This document shows, piece by piece, positions 59,501 to 64,000 of a stretch of 64,000 nucleotides of DNA. Where the stretch lies: contig JABLTG010000023.1 of assembly GCA_016618085.1 (NCBI GenBank), positions 1 to 64,000 on the forward strand, read 5' to 3'. The translations under genes were made by a program, and so were the position numbers. This DNA comes from Neovahlkampfia damariscottae (lineage: Eukaryota). A model generated the notes under the pieces. It worked only from the letters and a program-made list of their open reading frames with translations, made no database searches and had not been told where the DNA came from. The first letter of the stretch is position 1. The number at the start of each line of letters is the position of its first letter.

Positions 59501-60584
59501 TCTGTTGATGTAAAAGTTCCAGTATCAACAGTTGAAACTCTTGTCACATTGCCTCCTTGAATATAATTAATTAATGAAGATTTTCCTATATTGGCTTGAC
59601 CACATACTAAAGAAGGATTTAAAAAACTTAAATTGACTAACGATAAATATTTGGTTTTTCATCGATTTGTTTTAATTTCATTAAATTTGTATCAAAAGTG
59701 TTCCCAGAAAATTGAATTTTCAATGAATTGATTGATAAAATTGGAACAATATTCTTCACATCAGTTCCGTCTAAATCTAAAAATCTCAATTTTGAAAAAC
59801 CTTTCAAAATGCTAATATCAATCACTGGACAATTACAAAGTGAAAGTTCTACCAATTCTTTTGATTGTTCCAATGGTGAAATGTCTGTAACATTGGTTTC
59901 ATTCAAATTCAATTCTTTTAGAGAAGAAAAACCTTTCAAAAAATCAATATTCTCTATTGAACATTTTGATAACGATAAATACTCCAATTCTTGTAATTTT
60001 TGTAAAATTGAAAAATCTGAAATTTTGCAACCTGCTAAACTTAATTTTTTCAATTTTTTGAAATGTAATAAAATGCTTATATCTGTTATTGGACACTTAG
60101 ATAAATATAAATCTTCTAAATAATTCAAATCTTTTAAAGCTGTTAAATCTTTTACATTAGTTCCTGTGAGGTTCAAAACTCGTATTTTTTTGAATTCTTT
60201 TAAATAAGTGATGTCTTCAATTGGACATTTCCAAAGGTGTATTTCTTCTAAATCTTTTAAATTTTGTAAAGATGATAAATCTGAAGTATCAAATAATTCA
60301 ATAGATTTGTTTGAGTTGGCTTTGAGGTCAATTGCAGGTTTTGAAAATTGAAAATTTAACAAATCATAATTTTCATTTTTTTCTGGTGTTTTTCCTGATT
60401 TCTTTTTTTTTCCTTTTTTTTGTGCTGTTTTTATTAATTCATTAACTTGGCTAATGGAAATGTGTTCTTCTGTGGTTGAATTTTGAATATTTGAATCATT
60501 TTCTGGATCTTTTTGGATATCTATATGTGTTTTTTTTTCTTGTGGAGCCTCATCATTTTTGTCTTCTTCTCTTTTTCTCTTCAT
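56515..60584 (-). CDS. LRR - P-loop GTPase - phospholipase D fusion protein (~1344 aa, 2 exons)
   Basis: Intron 59607-59641 (GTTAGT..TTTAG) joins the LRR ORF to KPNIYLCGQANIGKSS. DSEG and TMADK GTPase motifs; HQKMVLCD and HSKLMIIDD HKD motifs; IENQYF and GSANVNERS. Confidence 0.8.
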
Positions 60585-60672
60585 CAACAAAATGATTTGT
60601 GTTAAAAAAACTTGATTGGTGGAATACAAATTCGGTTGGTTGAAGAAACAAAGAGCTTCAAAATAACACAAT

Positions 60673-61135
60673 ATGTCATCAAAAAAGTTTTTTTATCATC
60701 ATTCAGTGCAATTTGCATCAGCAGATGTACTAAAAGAAAAACCTTTTATGATATTTTGTTTGAAGGCCATTAAAAAATATCACATCACAATTAAAGATGC
60801 TTCATGTAAACTTTGGAATAACAAACAATTCGTACTTTTAAAGTCATGAATATTTATGGTCGTGCTATTTCTGATTTACCAATTAAATTGGGAAACGATA
60901 TTGATGTAGTGATGGTATCCAGCTGTTAAAAAATATGGAAATGCTTTGTGATTCATTCCTTCTTTTATGAGAAATGATAAGAAATTTATGATGAAATGTG
61001 TAAAATTAAATGGATATTCAATTTATAGAGCATCTGAAAAACTATCATTTATTACGCAAAAAAATTATCTAGCATTGGATAATTTTCGAAATGACAAAGA
61101 GGTTCAATGTATATCAAGAAGATTTCATAATTGAT
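60673..61135 (+). pseudogene. DUF4116-like repeat pseudogene
   Basis: Repeats such as LGNDIDVVM, AVKKYGNAL*FIP and MRNDKKFMMKCVKLNG, broken by stops and frameshifts. Confidence 0.55.
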
Positions 61136-61299
61136 TAAAGATACCATAAAAATGAATATACATTTTCAATTTGAATAAAATATTTCTCGGATGATGGTGG
61201 ATGTTTTGAACATAAGAGAAATCAAATTCACAGGATAAGAATGAAACAATTACAATTTCAACAATTTTTCTGAATCAAAATATTTAATTAAAATATAGT

Positions 61300-62148
61300 T
61301 CATTCAATAATTCTTGATATTTCATTTGCCAATTTTTCCAGCCTCTCTTTTCTAGTTCCAAAAATTTCATACCAAAAAAAATCTTTAGAAGGAGTCTTAA
61401 TCTCCTGTTTTAACAATTTAGAAGCTAATATACAATTTAAAATAAACAAAAATAAAAAACCCAAATAAATAGCAGCACAAGAAATTTCATGAGGTTCATA
61501 CTCCAAACATATTGATCCTCTAAAACTATCATTAATTATATCATATCCTAATTGTGTTAATCCTTCATTTACTGAATACATTCATTAAAAAATAAGATAA
61601 CTATTACTTCGTAAAAAATGAGCGTAATTAAAAAAATATTGATATGGAAGGTCTATTTCTAAATTGAAATTCAAGCACCTGAGTAACTTTGCTTCCAATT
61701 CTGACAATGAATCCTTCAAATCGAAATATTTCTAAATTCAAAAATTAGAATTCTTTTTTTTATCAAAACATCTTCTGTTATATGTAAAGGTAATTTGTTT
61801 GGAAATATAATTTTCCGATAAACATTTAAAATATCTCTGAGTCTTCTCAACTAAAACCAAAAAATTAAGTAAAAAAAAAAAAACATTTTCCGAGATTTTT
61901 CCAGCTAAAAAAAGACTTGTGGAACCAATTAACTTTGGTTTAATTTTAATTTTAATTTTTCTTACATAAACATCAAAATCATTGATGGAGTTGGATTTAA
62001 AAAATTTGTGAAAATATACACAACCTATGGCTACAGTTTTTTGAGGACTGACTATGATTTTTTTGACATATTCTTACAGTTCTAGCAGTTTTCCTGCTTT
62101 AAAAATAAATTCAATTCCAGTTTCGATTTCATTGTTGTCTGCTTTCAT
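61300..62148 (-). CDS. Transcriptional cyclin (cyclin K/L/Q-like)
   Basis: Six introns give FIFKAGKLLELPQKTVAIGCVYFHKFF, SLFLAGK, LLRCLNF, DIINDS. Confidence 0.8.
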
Positions 62149-62306
62149 GTTTTCTTGAAGAACTAACCAATGAAGTAAAACGACCAATGATTTCAAAAAT
62201 AAAAAAGAAAATTTATAAAACAAATAGAAACGATTTTAAATACATTTGTTGAAACCAAAAAGGTTTATTTTCATTAACCAATAAGATCATTTTGTTGAAT
62301 CAAACA

Positions 62307-64000
62307 ATGATCAGTGAAAACACCCAAGAGTGTCAAAATATACTTGATAAACTATTGTCAGAAGAAAAAATAGAACCATTTTTAACACCTGTCGTTGAAC
62401 AACAACCAGAAATCAAAGAAATTTATTTCAAACAAATTTCTCAACCAATGGATCTTGGAACCATCTCAGTTTTTTGAAACAAAAAATTAACTTAATTTTC
62501 AGGATAAATTGAAACAAAATGAATACAAAAATACCTCAGATTTTGCTGAAGATGTCCGTTTGGTTTTTTTGAATACTATGCAATTTACTTTTTACAATGA
62601 TCCACTTCACAAAAATTCAAAAAAACTTTTAGGTCTATTTGAGACTCTTTGGTTAAAATCTGATATTTCTAAACAAGTTTCATTTGATAATTCACTACAA
62701 AAAAAAAGAAAAAGAATAAAGTCAGAAGAAGTAATGAAAAAATTCAAAGAAACGACAGTGGATTTCATTTTAACAGAAATATATAATTCTTTGGAATCAC
62801 CTAAAGAATCTGAAGAAGTGAAACCAATCGGTTTAAATTATGATTTGTATCGTTATCAAGTGGTAAATTATTGATTTTTTTTTATTTTTAGAATTCTTTA
62901 GAAATGATGTATGAAAGAGAAACAAAACCAAGAGAATATCCTGACCCTTTGTGGGAAGAATTATCACCAAATTTGTATGAACATGTAATCAATGGTCAAC
63001 AAACAACATCTCGACCAATGATTTTAGATTCCAGAGGTATCTTTATTTATTAATTAAAAAAAAACAAAAAGGTGGACTTTTATGCGAAGAAATGGGTGCA
63101 GGAAAAACGTTAATTGTGATTTCTCTAATTGTAAAAACAAAAGGATGCTGGGCTTCTCATCCAATGTCCAATGAAGAACCAAAACCAAAATCGAATCTAT
63201 TCGAAATGTGTTATGACTTTATCAAAGAAAATGAAATTGATTATTTCAATAGAGACATACCAAATTTTATAAAAGAATCATTGTATCAGGAAAAACCAAA
63301 AACAATTCAAATTCAAAATACAAGATCCAGAAAAACCAGAAAAGGAATTGAATTCAAAACTTTAAAACTATCAAGAACAACTTTAGTAATTGTTCCTCCG
63401 CACCTTTTAAAGCAATGGATGAGTGAATTCAAAAAATTTACTTCCAAAGGTTGTTTGACAATCCATAAAATCCAAACAGAAAAGGAAATATTATCAGTAG
63501 ACGAATTATTGACATTTGATGTTGTTATATGTACTCAAAGCATGTTTACAAAAACAGATTTGATTTTGAAACCATTTTATCAAATTAAATGGTTTCGTGT
63601 AATTATTGATGAAGGTCATATTTTAGGAAAAACATCAACAAGACAAACAATAGCTATGAAGGAATTAATTTGTGATAGAAGATGGATTTGCACAGGCACA
63701 CCAACTCCAAAATCAAATATTGAACTTGAATTGAAAATATTACATGGATTGGTTGATTTTATTAATCATGAACCTTTTTCTGAGAAACAAATTTGGGAAC
63801 GATATATTTTAGAACCATTTTTAGAACAAGAAATAGTGGCGTCCAATAGATTAAAAGAATTGCTAAAAAGGATAATGATTAGGACAAGAAAAGAAGATTT
63901 TGATATTTCAATTCCTTCTTGTCATATTAATGTCATAAAATTGAATCTACAACCATTTGAAATCAATCGTTATAATGAACAAATTGTCCAATTAAAAACG
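62307..64000 (+). CDS. Bromodomain fused to Rad5/16-like SNF2 ATPase (runs off window)
   Basis: PMDLGTI, FAEDVRLVFLN. Three introns lead to GGLLCEEMGAGKT, TLVIVP, WFRVIIDEGH and RWICTGTP. Confidence 0.85.

Noticed and set aside
1..64000. CRISPR arrays, rRNA, intact transposases, stop-codon reassignment
   Set aside because: None seen. Conserved genes end in TAA/TAG/TGA, and internal stops are explained by introns or decay.

Overview
Very AT-rich, gene-dense eukaryotic nuclear DNA using the standard code, with about 45 genes. Most are split by very short (about 27-45 nt) GT-AG introns and nearly all are preceded by a CCAAT/ATTGG box. The gene content (PAS/TM nucleotide cyclase, DUF4116 remnant, BTB fusion, membrane-anchored PstS-like protein) suggests a heterolobosean-type (Discoba) protist; this is inference only. 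Housekeeping genes include ECH1, RPS2, RCL1, BOP1, FAHD1, IPK1, NUF2, an ABC1/ADCK kinase, a P450, HUS1, a p24, a TTBK/CK1-family kinase and a transcriptional cyclin. The main highlight is a 35-nt intron that joins two apparently separate ORFs into one ~1344-aa LRR - P-loop GTPase (with Zn-ribbon inserts) - phospholipase D protein. Other highlights are a tandem pair of 55/49-aa microproteins missed by the ORF track that carry a YWxxExMxxAxP protease-propeptide-like motif, a mismatch-laden tRNA-Trp(CCA)-like gene, and several unusual domain fusions (triple PUB, E2-F-box, bromodomain-SNF2, BTB-multi-TM). Gene models were spliced by eye; family calls come from motif recognition, not database searches.
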